Source of the DNA: Nitrosopumilus sp.
Lineage (GTDB): Archaea; Thermoproteota; Nitrososphaeria; Nitrososphaerales; Nitrosopumilaceae
Length of the DNA: 64,000 nucleotides
NCBI GenBank assembly: GCA_965206745.1
Contig: OZ242220.1
Span: 1,795,079 to 1,859,078 of the forward strand
Reading direction: 5' to 3'
Below the pieces are notes generated by a model that had not been told where the DNA came from, searched no databases, and saw nothing but the letters and a program-made list of their open reading frames with translations. Below, piece after piece: positions 10,217 through 19,507 of this stretch. The position numbers and the translations under genes are program-made. Numbering within the stretch: the first letter of the stretch is position 1; each line of letters opens with the position of its first letter.

Positions 10217-10942
10217 ATGACTGTTTTCATAACTGGTGCAGCAGGGGCTTTAGGTTCAGAACTGAGAAAAAGATATCCTGATGCCTTGACACCAACGCAT
10301 AAAGAACTAGATATTGGAAACGGAGAACAGGTCTCAGATTTTTTTAAAAAACATTCAGATATCGATGTCATAATTCATGCAGGAGCTTTGACTGGAATAA
10401 GGCCTTGTGAAGAAAATCAGCAATTAGCATGGAATACAAATGTTGAAGGAACTAGAAATTTAATTGATGCAGTGTCAGAATCGAAACAAAAGATTCAATT
10501 CATCTATGTAAGTACTGCATGTGTTTTTGACGGACATCATGAAATGTATAAGGAAAGTTCTATCCCGTATCCTGAAAATTACTATGCTTTAACAAAATTG
10601 GTAGGTGAAAGTGAGGTACGAAAATTACCGGAATTTCTGATTGTAAGGACAAATTTTGTAGCCAAAGAAAAATGGCCATATCCAAAAGCATTCACAGATA
10701 GATATGGAACATATCTATTTGCAGATGGAGTCGCAGAAGGGATTGAAGACGTACAAAAAGAAAAAATCTCAGGCATTGTGCATGTTGTTGGAGATAAAAA
10801 AATCTCAGTGTATGAATTGGCAAAAATGACAACCCCGGATGTTCAACCAATGACTATAGATGACTACTCTGGTCCGCCATTGACTATGGATATGAGTTTG
10901 GATACAGAAAGATGGAAAAAATATAAAATTAGTGAACCTTAG
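10217..10942 (+). CDS. dTDP-4-dehydrorhamnose reductase (RmlD)-like SDR
   Basis: TGAAGALG, CE...NV.GT, VST.CVFDG, YALTK..GE. Confidence 0.8.
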   Translation: MTVFITGAAGALGSELRKRYPDALTPTHKELDIGNGEQVSDFFKKHSDIDVIIHAGALTGIRPCEENQQLAWNTNVEGTRNLIDAVSESKQKIQFIYVSTACVFDGHHEMYKESSIPYPENYYALTKLVGESEVRKLPEFLIVRTNFVAKEKWPYPKAFTDRYGTYLFADGVAEGIEDVQKEKISGIVHVVGDKKISVYELAKMTTPDVQPMTIDDYSGPPLTMDMSLDTERWKKYKISEP

Positions 10943-12018
10943 TTATTTGACAAATTCTCCAAAACATACAAGAACGATTTTTTGAAGGTCTTTTGATCAA
11001 ATTTTTGTATAGATTTCTGCAAAGAGTCTTTGAAATGATCCAATTCTCCTGACAATGCTCGCTTAATTTTTTCTTGTGCATCATGAATGTTATTAGATTC
11101 ATATCGCAGTTCTTCAAATGGAACAGTTTCTTTATGTGCAGAATTATCTGGAACAATCGGTATGCATCCTGCAGCAATACTTTCAACAACAGAAATACCA
11201 AAAGTCTCCTTAGAACAATGAAGATAAACCTTGGAATGACTCATTTTTTTAACAAGATGATTTCTTTCTATGTTTTTTAATAAATGAATTTTTTCATAAT
11301 TTTTATTTTTGACTATATTATCCAATTTTTTATAATAAATCATATTAGATTTTGTATTAGTATTTCCAACAATATCATAATTGCAATCTATATCCTTCAT
11401 TACGCTGATTCCAAAATCGTGATTTTTTTCTTGAGAATAACGTCCGATTGTTATCACAGAATTTTCTTTTATGCCAGCCTTAAATTCATCTAAATTAACA
11501 GGAGGATAAATCACCTTGGAATCTTTGTTGTGATTTTCTTCAATGCAATTTTGTATGTATTTGGAATTACTAATTAGACATATTCTAGAATCAGTGACAC
11601 TTTGAATGAATTTTTTCGTCATTGAATAATATGATTTGTAATACAAACTCCATAATCCTTTGTATTTTGTATCAGAATTATCAAGTTCTCCTGAAAAATC
11701 TGCATGACAGTAAACTAGGATTTTTTGACTAGGATTTTTTGGAATTCCTAGACCTCCCGATGATTGTATTAACAGATCTTCATTCTTTGCTTTGGAGATT
11801 AGTTTTGGTTCCATAGCACGTTGAAACAGTCCAAATAAAGGGAGCGATATAGGAATCATTGTTTTTATCTTGATTTTTTTAAATTTAATTTTTGGTTTTG
11901 AAAATGTGTAGAGAGTTACATGGTGATCTGTTTGTTCTAATGCTTCAAGGATTCCGTATAGTGTTTTTTCTGTTCCACCTCCCCCACCTACAAAGCCATG
12001 AATAATTCCTATTTTCAC
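10939..12018 (-). CDS. GT4 family glycosyltransferase
   Basis: GGGGTEK, NSKY, IYPPV, GRYSQEK, ETFGISVVESIAAGCIP. Confidence 0.9.
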   Translation of the reverse strand: MKIGIIHGFVGGGGGTEKTLYGILEALEQTDHHVTLYTFSKPKIKFKKIKIKTMIPISLPLFGLFQRAMEPKLISKAKNEDLLIQSSGGLGIPKNPSQKILVYCHADFSGELDNSDTKYKGLWSLYYKSYYSMTKKFIQSVTDSRICLISNSKYIQNCIEENHNKDSKVIYPPVNLDEFKAGIKENSVITIGRYSQEKNHDFGISVMKDIDCNYDIVGNTNTKSNMIYYKKLDNIVKNKNYEKIHLLKNIERNHLVKKMSHSKVYLHCSKETFGISVVESIAAGCIPIVPDNSAHKETVPFEELRYESNNIHDAQEKIKRALSGELDHFKDSLQKSIQKFDQKTFKKSFLYVLENLSNN

Positions 12019-12161
12019 AATAAAATACAGGAAAAAGCTTTTAATATATTACCATGATTTATTATCTTCAAACTAGGTTTTTGTGCAGAAAATTTTTAAA
12101 AACTAGAACAAAATATCTATTGTCTTTGATTAATTTATCTGACAAGTTTTGATTGCTTTAT

Positions 12162-12464
12162 CTAGTTGATTGTAAATGTCTTCATATTGATGAAGTTGTT
12201 CCTTGCTAATCTTGCATCAGGGTGATTATCATAAAAATCCACACCCAACACATATTTTAAAAACATACTCAGTTTTTCAACTGTCCCTGCAATCAATTCA
12301 GGTGGGACATGCATTAAAGTTTCAACTCCTAGCACCAGATAGTATTTTTCTGTATCAGCATAGTCTTGAATTGATGAGATTTGAAAATCTGTGTCACAAG
12401 TTTCACAAAATTTCTTTGCATTATTAATTTGAACTAATGATAAATCAGATGCTTTGTATTGTTT
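12162..12464 (-). pseudogene. Class I SAM methyltransferase remnant
   Basis: Manual translation of an open frame with no start: KQYKASDLSLVQINNAKKF...ISSIQDY...EKYYLVLGVETLMHVPPELI...YVLGVD; motif I is absent and an in-frame TAA lies upstream. Confidence 0.65.
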
Positions 12465-12584
12465 TTATAGCCTATTAGGCGGGCTTTCTCTCTCTGGGTA
12501 TTCATCATCTCGAGTAAATTTGTCTACGCTTAGTTCCAATAATCTACTGATCTGTATTTTGAGAAATATTTGAATATTTTAAAA

Positions 12585-14249
12585 TTACATTGTTGCCTGT
12601 GAAGCGTCATGGAACATTTGACTCTTTGCGCAGCCAGCGGCAAGTTCATCACCTGCACCGCGTCTCATCAGTCCCCTGTAAAGACCGTCTTCTAGTTTGA
12701 CACCCTCTCTCTCTTCCCATTCTTCTACCGTGATGGAGTATTTCTTTTGGATTCTATCCCTGTACCATTCTGGAATCACATTGAATGCACAGAATGGAAC
12801 TATTCTAAGGTCCGGAGTCACATAGTGAATATCACATCTTTGCAGCCTCTCCAGGTCTTCGTTGTATTTGTCCTGAAAGTGCATCATGCCAAGGAACAGT
12901 CCCTTTACGTGCCATGAACCAACTGAATCAAATGATCTTTTCATGAGTATATTGCCAAACATCTTTGCCAAGTCCAATCCTGCCGGCTGTTTCTTTGAAT
13001 CAACGAATCCCTTGAGTTTTCTGACAACCTCAAGCATCGTAAAGTACTTGTTTTTACCAGAGCGAATCTCCTCTGCCTTGTCCTCAAAGAGTTCCAACAT
13101 TCCTTGAATGTCACAGAACTTTGTTAATGGAACAAACTTTTTTGTATCTGCATCCTCAAAGATGTACGTTCCTGCACCGCAGGCAAAGTGAATGGATAAT
13201 TCATATTTTGGTTTGCTTGAGAATGCCTCAATTACATTTGTCAGTGGCATGCAACTTGGAACTGGGAACCAGTCATCAACAGTTACTTGACCGTCTGTCT
13301 GCTCTTCGATTCTTTGGACGCAGTCAGGAACGGTAATTCTGTATTTTTCACGTTCAGTTTTGCCCATTCTTCCAGTCAGTGATACTGGTTGGAAGTTGAC
13401 AGCATGGACTACGTCCATGTTCTTTTGTGCATATCTGATGATTCCACCTAGTTCGTGGTCGTTAATTGATTTGATTACAGTTGGAACAAATACCACTGTG
13501 GTGCCCGTTTTTCTGCAGCTGTCAAGTGCATATGGAATTTCCCAGTGGTTCTTTGGGTTTGTTCTTGCAGTTACACCGTCAAAGGAAAGGTACAGGTTGT
13601 TACATCCGGCAAGCCTTACCTCTCTTGCAGCCTCTGGATCCATTGCGTGTCTAATACCATTGGTGTTCATCTGAATATGGTCAACACCCTCTTCTTTCAT
13701 AATTTTGATAACATCGGCGATATCTTCCCTGAGCATTGGTTCACCGCCAGTGATTTGCATAGAGTTTCCTGGAATTGGTCTCTCAGCTCGTAGAGTCTTC
13801 ATCATGCCTCTAATTTGAGTATGATCTGGTTCATACATGTAAGCGCCTTCAAGTCCCTTCTTCACATAGAAGAAGCAGTACCAGCATGTCAAATCACATC
13901 TGTTAGTTACAATCATGTTTGCTAATCCGCTGTGTGAGAGGTGGTTTGAGCACAATCCACAGTTGTTTGGACATGAGCATTTGTCAATCATTACGTTTGG
14001 AGAGTGGGCACCCTTGCCATCCATCCAGTATGTACTGAATTTCTTGTACATCTCATAGGAACCAAAGTATAACTCCTCACATTCGCCGTGAGTTGGACAA
14101 ACTTTTGACATAAACACCTGACTGTCTCTCTCAAAGACTTCGGCATCGAGAATCATGTTACAGTCAGGACAGATACTTTGAGTGAATCTGATTGTGGATT
14201 TCTTGCCTAAATTTTTCGTTGACTGATTGGATATCTGAATTAGTGCCAT
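12585..14249 (-). CDS. tes: Tetraether lipid synthase (radical SAM, GDGT macrocyclisation)
   Basis: N-terminal CPDC..C..HG, CPNNCGLC..H, radical SAM CDLTCWYC, TGGEP, FQPVS, HF.CG, RCDIHY...PFCAFN: the MJ0619/Tes architecture. Confidence 0.9.
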   Translation of the reverse strand: MALIQISNQSTKNLGKKSTIRFTQSICPDCNMILDAEVFERDSQVFMSKVCPTHGECEELYFGSYEMYKKFSTYWMDGKGAHSPNVMIDKCSCPNNCGLCSNHLSHSGLANMIVTNRCDLTCWYCFFYVKKGLEGAYMYEPDHTQIRGMMKTLRAERPIPGNSMQITGGEPMLREDIADVIKIMKEEGVDHIQMNTNGIRHAMDPEAAREVRLAGCNNLYLSFDGVTARTNPKNHWEIPYALDSCRKTGTTVVFVPTVIKSINDHELGGIIRYAQKNMDVVHAVNFQPVSLTGRMGKTEREKYRITVPDCVQRIEEQTDGQVTVDDWFPVPSCMPLTNVIEAFSSKPKYELSIHFACGAGTYIFEDADTKKFVPLTKFCDIQGMLELFEDKAEEIRSGKNKYFTMLEVVRKLKGFVDSKKQPAGLDLAKMFGNILMKRSFDSVGSWHVKGLFLGMMHFQDKYNEDLERLQRCDIHYVTPDLRIVPFCAFNVIPEWYRDRIQKKYSITVEEWEEREGVKLEDGLYRGLMRRGAGDELAAGCAKSQMFHDASQATM

Positions 14250-14365
14250 CTCTGTATTGTTGACTTTTCGGGAATGGTATATAATCTATTTCCTACTTGC
14301 CCTAGGGGTAATTCAGGCCACAGGCATGCCTATTTAAATACCAAAGCTGATCGAAGAGATCGCAT

Positions 14366-15133
14366 ATGAGCATATCAGATAAAACAAGAAAGTCACTAGA
14401 AAGAATAGGTCTTACCAGCTATGAGATTAGAACATTTTCAGCCCTGCTCCAATCAGAGGAATTGACAGCATCGGATCTTAGCCAAAAATCAGGGGTCCCA
14501 TACTCAAAGATTTACGAGGTGCTGGGTACTCTGGAGGAGAAGGGATGGGTTGGTTCAGATGATTCAAGGCCAACAAAATATTTTGCAAACTCTCCATCAA
14601 CGGGACTTGAAACTACAAAGCAAAAGATGGAAAGCAATTTTTCAGAGAATCGGAACATAATTCTAAATGAACTGGTCCCATTGTATGAGAAGAACGGCAC
14701 CAGTGAAAGGCCAGACATCTGGGTATTGTCTGGCGGGGCAAACATTGCAGCCAAAATCTTGGAGATGGTAGATACCTGCAGAAGTGAGGTGATGATTGCA
14801 TTGCCTGAGGCGGGAGTGGAACTGGTAAAGCAGGCATTGCCAAAATTGAGGTCACTTCATGATAAAGGGGTGAGTATCACGATTCTAACATCAGATAAGA
14901 TGGACAAAGAGTCAATCAAGGCAATCAAGAGGGTTGCCACCGTAACAATCAAGAAAGGCCTGTTTGGAGGGGGCATAATTTCGGATAAAAGGTACGTAGT
15001 GATTCTGCTAGGCCCGGAGATAGGAGGGATGAACTCTTCAGAAATTGTTGCAATATGGGCAGATCATACAGGATTGGCGGGATTTGCACGCCAATATTTT
15101 GAATATTTATTAAAAGATTCCAAGAAGGTATAG
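14366..15133 (+). CDS. TrmB family transcriptional regulator
   Basis: GLTSYE...SGVPYSKIYEVL..LEEKGW wHTH plus an effector domain. Confidence 0.9.
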   Translation: MSISDKTRKSLERIGLTSYEIRTFSALLQSEELTASDLSQKSGVPYSKIYEVLGTLEEKGWVGSDDSRPTKYFANSPSTGLETTKQKMESNFSENRNIILNELVPLYEKNGTSERPDIWVLSGGANIAAKILEMVDTCRSEVMIALPEAGVELVKQALPKLRSLHDKGVSITILTSDKMDKESIKAIKRVATVTIKKGLFGGGIISDKRYVVILLGPEIGGMNSSEIVAIWADHTGLAGFARQYFEYLLKDSKKV

Positions 15134-15135
15134 AC

Positions 15136-15618
15136 ATGGACGCAATAGATGAGGAGACACTTTTTGTAGGTACAGCAGAGGCAGAACACGTAGAGATGTA
15201 TCTTAAGGCAATTTGGCACATCAAAGAGAGGGGGGAGGATGTGAAGATCAGCACAATTGCAAAGATGCTCAATGTCAGGCAACCAAGCGTTGTTCAGATG
15301 CTCAAAAAACTAAATCTGAAAAGCCTTGTAAACTACAACAAGGCAGGAGTGAAACTGACAGAAGAGGGCGAGAGGATCGGCGCAAGCATGATGCGAAACA
15401 GCAGACTGCTTGAGGTCCTCATGGACAGTGCACTAAAAGTGGAAATTGATGAGGAGATGGTTTGTGGAATTGAGCATCACATGAACAAGCAGTTTACCGA
15501 TGCGCTTTGCGTAATGCTAAAGCATCCAAGAAAGTGTCCACATGATCATGACATTCCGATAGGTGAGTGCTGCAAGTCGCCAGAGACAAACTACAACCCA
15601 AAAGATATATCATCTTAG
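15136..15618 (+). CDS. DtxR/MntR family metal-dependent repressor
   Basis: EMYLKAI, IAKMLNVRQPSV..MLKKL, RLLE, IEH, CPH..IP. Confidence 0.9.
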   Translation: MDAIDEETLFVGTAEAEHVEMYLKAIWHIKERGEDVKISTIAKMLNVRQPSVVQMLKKLNLKSLVNYNKAGVKLTEEGERIGASMMRNSRLLEVLMDSALKVEIDEEMVCGIEHHMNKQFTDALCVMLKHPRKCPHDHDIPIGECCKSPETNYNPKDISS

Positions 15619-15633
15619 AGACGATATTGATTC

Positions 15634-15798
15634 ATGGCATGTTTCTGCGGGTGCGAGACGTATGAGAAAAATGAGGATGGATTCAAGATTGCATGTGTAA
15701 AATGCGGACACGGACCTCAAAATCATAGTGACGAATTCAGAGATGCAGCAAGAAAGAATGAATCGCAGAGTCAGAAACGTGATGCAGACTTTGGATGA
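15634..15798 (+). CDS. Small Cys/His-rich protein (54 aa), probable zinc ribbon
   Basis: Manual translation MACFCGCETYEKNEDGFKIACVKCGHGPQNHSDEFRDAARKNESQSQKRDADFG; fills the gap between dtxR and yjbQ. Confidence 0.7.
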   Translation: MACFCGCETYEKNEDGFKIACVKCGHGPQNHSDEFRDAARKNESQSQKRDADFG

Positions 15799-16218
15799 CT
15801 ATTCCCCAATAATTTTGACCAAAACTCTTTTTGGTCTCTTGCCATCAAATTCACCATAAAAGATCGCCTCCCACGGTCCAAAATCCAATTTACCGTCAGT
15901 TATAGCAACTACAACTTCTCTTCCCATCACTTGTCGTTTGAGATGTGCGTCTGCATTATCCTCACCTGTTTTGTTGTGATCATACTGTGTGGTTGGTGCA
16001 TGTGGAGCTAGTCCTTCCAACCATTTCTCATAATCACAGAGTAACCCAGATTCATTATCATTGATGAAAACACTTGCAGTGATATGCATTGCATTTACAA
16101 GGCAGAGGCCTTGCCGAATCTTGCTCTTTGCAACCAGTCTGCTTACATCAGAAGTAATATTGACAAATGCCCTCCTGGTTCTGACTTCAAATGTCAGGTA
16201 CTCGGTGAGGGATTTCAT
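15799..16218 (-). CDS. YjbQ/UPF0047 family protein
   Basis: [13 protein letters not shown]....[21 protein letters not shown]. Confidence 0.9.
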   Translation of the reverse strand: MKSLTEYLTFEVRTRRAFVNITSDVSRLVAKSKIRQGLCLVNAMHITASVFINDNESGLLCDYEKWLEGLAPHAPTTQYDHNKTGEDNADAHLKRQVMGREVVVAITDGKLDFGPWEAIFYGEFDGKRPKRVLVKIIGE

Positions 16219-16254
16219 GATTTTTTTTTATGATGGTGATTAATTAAAATCCTA

Positions 16255-16315
16255 GGGCAGGGCTCAGAACTCAAGATCCTCATCATCAATCAAAGGGATA
16301 GGTACATCACTGCCC
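16255..16315 (-). ncRNA. Box C/D guide sRNA (candidate)
   Basis: Minus strand reads: terminal stem GGGCAG/CTGCCC, box C-like GTGATGT, 10-nt guide, D' TTGA, C' ATGATGA, 12-nt guide GGATCTTGAGTT, D box CTGA. Confidence 0.75.
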
Positions 16316-16392
16316 GCAAGCCATATTTGAAGCGGTTTACTATTGAGTCTTTCAAAAAGCTTGATAAATGGCCAATGGTTTAATCATTCAAA

Positions 16393-16809
16393 ATGGTTGC
16401 AATAGATACCCCCTCCTCACTGGAAAGTTTTAGAAGATTTGTCATTTCAAGCACATGCATGTCTTATGCACCGAGGGCCTATCTGGAGGACTCGGAGGTC
16501 TTTGCCGAAAGGGATGACGGTCTCGGGGCAATTTACGTTGAGGCAGCCGATAAAGTCACTTTGAAGAAAATAAGGGACATTACGTTTGTCAATGGAAAGG
16601 ATGTCCTGGGGATAATCTACAACTCAAAGAGTGGAAATACATCGCTAAAATGGAGGCAGTTAAAAAGAAACAACGGCAAAGTTACGGGAGAAGCTTCTGC
16701 AAACTCTTTGGCAAATTTATCAGAATCAGGCGTTCTCACCTTAGAATGGGTTGAAAATTATCTAAAAAAGAAATCACAAGAAGCAAAGGCTGAAGAGACC
16801 TCAAGCTAA
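16393..16809 (+). CDS. Hypothetical protein
   Basis: 138-aa ATG ORF co-oriented upstream of pelota; no recognisable motif. Confidence 0.7.
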   Translation: MVAIDTPSSLESFRRFVISSTCMSYAPRAYLEDSEVFAERDDGLGAIYVEAADKVTLKKIRDITFVNGKDVLGIIYNSKSGNTSLKWRQLKRNNGKVTGEASANSLANLSESGVLTLEWVENYLKKKSQEAKAEETSS

Positions 16810-16841
16810 ACGCTTTTCTTTTTGTAAATTAGGATAACATC

Positions 16842-17894
16842 ATGATTACAAAGGCAATAGATGAGAACTCAATTTCTGTCATGCCAGAGGATTCAGAGGA
16901 TCTTTTGAATTTGCGCCGCATCATCAAAGAGAATGACAAGGTGGTCGGGGATACGACAAGGGTCCTAAAACAGGATAAGGACTATGCAAGGCCGGACAAG
17001 GGCGAGAGAATCAAGGTTAGAATTGCGCTGTCTGTGGAAAAAATTTCCCTTGATGATGTGTTGGATAAATTAAGAATAGGCGGTACAATCTCTGAATCAA
17101 GTAACGAATCAGTACCGCACGGATCACACCACTCATTTATTCTCAAGCTCAATGACGGAATTACAATTTCAAAGAAAAGTTGGCAGCCTATAGAAAAAAA
17201 ACTTTTGGAATCAAGTAACGATCAAATCAGCTTTGTTCTAGTTGCAATTGACACAAGCGATAGCGGTATTGCAAGATTGAGGGGGACGCATCTGGAGTTT
17301 ATGCCAAACATCTATTCGGGATCCGGTGGTAAGAGATACAAGACTAGTTTCAACATTGAGAAATTCTTTGAGCAGGTACTGCAGGCACTATCAAGCATCT
17401 TCAAAGAGGGCGATACCATAGTAATTTTCGGTCCCGGTGAGACAAAGAAGAGATTTGCAAATTTCATAGAAAAATCGCAAAAACTTCAGAAATTCAAGAT
17501 TCAGGTGGTCGATGGAATTGATTCTGGAGGTGAGGACGGAATTTACACGTTTACAAAGTCACAGGCAATGCAGGAGATAATGTCAGGGAGCAAACTGGCC
17601 AAAGCCTCATCGATTATCGATGAGGTCATGATCCTGGCAAACAAGAAGAGTAGAAAGTTTACAATGGGGTATGCTGAAACCTTCAATGCAAACCAAATGG
17701 GCGCAGTTGAATCACTGGTCTTCTCCGATAAAGCAATACAGGATAATGACGAGCAAGAGATGATGGATTTTCTAAATGATGCAGAAGGCAAGGGGGTGAA
17801 AATTTACAGTGTCGACTCGTCAACTGATATCGGTCTTAGGGTTACAGGTCTGGGCGGAATTATTTCCCTGCTAAGATATTCTGTGGGATCTTAG
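16842..17894 (+). CDS. pelA: Pelota/Dom34 ribosome rescue factor
   Basis: PEDSEDL..L, T.R, LRIGG.I, G.HHS, GPG.TK, three eRF1-like domains, GLGGI..LLRY. Confidence 0.9.
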   Translation: MITKAIDENSISVMPEDSEDLLNLRRIIKENDKVVGDTTRVLKQDKDYARPDKGERIKVRIALSVEKISLDDVLDKLRIGGTISESSNESVPHGSHHSFILKLNDGITISKKSWQPIEKKLLESSNDQISFVLVAIDTSDSGIARLRGTHLEFMPNIYSGSGGKRYKTSFNIEKFFEQVLQALSSIFKEGDTIVIFGPGETKKRFANFIEKSQKLQKFKIQVVDGIDSGGEDGIYTFTKSQAMQEIMSGSKLAKASSIIDEVMILANKKSRKFTMGYAETFNANQMGAVESLVFSDKAIQDNDEQEMMDFLNDAEGKGVKIYSVDSSTDIGLRVTGLGGIISLLRYSVGS

Positions 17895-18202
17895 ACTGTG
17901 GATTCGGCCAACCATTTCAGATATGATTTGTTCATTGAGACAATGTCAATTTCTGCTATCTCTGGAACATCGTATGGATGTGTCAGTCTGATTTTCCTCT
18001 TTAGCAGGGTCTTGTTCTTTGCAGTTGTTTTGAATATGGCAAGATACTCTGCAGAATCTACTATTTTTCCCTTCCAGGAATAAATCGATGAGATTTTGGA
18101 AATATTGACGCATGCCACTGTCTTGCTTTTTACAAGTTCATTTGCAATTTTGGAAACTGATTTTTTGTCAGGATATGTCGAGATGATTACTACTGGTTTC
18201 AT
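17891..18202 (-). CDS. cutA: Divalent cation tolerance protein CutA
   Basis: ACVN..I.SIYSWKG...E...KT...HPYDVPEI. Confidence 0.92.
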   Translation of the reverse strand: MKPVVIISTYPDKKSVSKIANELVKSKTVACVNISKISSIYSWKGKIVDSAEYLAIFKTTAKNKTLLKRKIRLTHPYDVPEIAEIDIVSMNKSYLKWLAESTV

Positions 18203-18245
18203 AGTAACCGATAAATGACTGTACCTTAAAAAATTAACAATTAGT

Positions 18246-19466
18246 TTGGAACTTGATTTTATTACTCAGAATTCGATAATCTACGTCTTGATCGCCTGGG
18301 TGGTCATTATCGTGATTGCAAAGGCCCTCAAATTAGAGAGGTATGGTTGTGAGTTAAAGGCATACAGCCTAGTATACAAGAATAAGAGCATAAATGACGT
18401 ACTGATCAGGGTCCTGGGAAGAACAAGGAGAGGCATCAGGGTTTTTGCGGATCTAAGCGTTGTTGCAGGTTTCATAATGATGGGGTTTGCGTTTTACTTT
18501 TTGTTAAACAATGTCTCAAATTATTTTGTGGAACCGGGCGCTTTTTCAGAATTAACAGTGCTTATTCCTGGAGTCACATTGACTTCGGCGCCGGCTATCA
18601 CATACTTTTTGCTTTCAATTCCAATCGTACTAATCATTCATGAAGGCGCACACGGTATTGTTGCTGCATTAGAAAAGATAAAGATCAAGACCGGCGGATT
18701 TGCGATATTCATTGCATTGTTTGCAGGGTTTGTGGAACCAGATGAGGAGGAGTTTGACAAGGCCAAAAAGATTTCAAAACTAAGAGTGATCGGTGCAGGT
18801 GCCACCTCAAATGTACTCTTCGCGATTGTCTTGGGTGCAATCATGCTGACAAACCCAGTCTTTGGACTGGTCTTGGAGAGCATCCCACTGTTTGGGGATG
18901 TAATCCTAAACACGTTTTATGAGTTATCGCAGGGGGTTCTGGTACTTTCAATCATAGAAAACTCGGGAGCTGAGCAAGCAGGACTGCTTGCAAATGACAT
19001 CATTACCACAATTGACGGGAAGCAGATACACGGTCCGGGTGATTTTCCCGCCTTGAATCCGGGGGATACGGCCAGCGTATCGATAATTAGAGACGGCCAG
19101 GAATTAGAAAAGACATTAGAGGTGATGGCATCGCCAGACGATCCCCAGAAAGGACTGATAGGAATTATGAGGGACAATTCAATTCCATACAAGCCGGTAA
19201 TCGGTTTGATCGATTGGTCAGGTGTTGATTTTAACATTTCAATGTTCCTGCTGTGGCTCTGGATGATTTCATTCTTCATAGGCATCATCAACATGCTGCC
19301 CCTTCCCATTTTGGATGGGGGAAAGTTTGTCCACATCATTATTGACAAGAGAATTTCAGAAAAGTCAGTCAACATGGTAATGTGGGGAATATACGCATTT
19401 ACTTTTGTCTTATTTGGCCTCAACATCGCCTTGTCATATCTGAAATCAGGCTGGTTTACAATCTAG
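18246..19466 (+). CDS. Site-2 protease (M50) with PDZ domain
   Basis: HEGAH zinc motif, GAG..SN, PDZ-like SGAEQAGL..NDII, NMLPLPILDGG. Confidence 0.92.
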   Translation: MELDFITQNSIIYVLIAWVVIIVIAKALKLERYGCELKAYSLVYKNKSINDVLIRVLGRTRRGIRVFADLSVVAGFIMMGFAFYFLLNNVSNYFVEPGAFSELTVLIPGVTLTSAPAITYFLLSIPIVLIIHEGAHGIVAALEKIKIKTGGFAIFIALFAGFVEPDEEEFDKAKKISKLRVIGAGATSNVLFAIVLGAIMLTNPVFGLVLESIPLFGDVILNTFYELSQGVLVLSIIENSGAEQAGLLANDIITTIDGKQIHGPGDFPALNPGDTASVSIIRDGQELEKTLEVMASPDDPQKGLIGIMRDNSIPYKPVIGLIDWSGVDFNISMFLLWLWMISFFIGIINMLPLPILDGGKFVHIIIDKRISEKSVNMVMWGIYAFTFVLFGLNIALSYLKSGWFTI

Positions 19467-19507
19467 AAAATACCTAAAGAATCATTAATGAAAGCAGACT
19501 GGTTGAT

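Noticed and set aside
12549-12560. Reverse-strand AAAATACAGATC resembling the dispersed repeat core at the glycan island edge
   Set aside because: Only 11/12 nt in AT-rich DNA with no flanking similarity; could be chance
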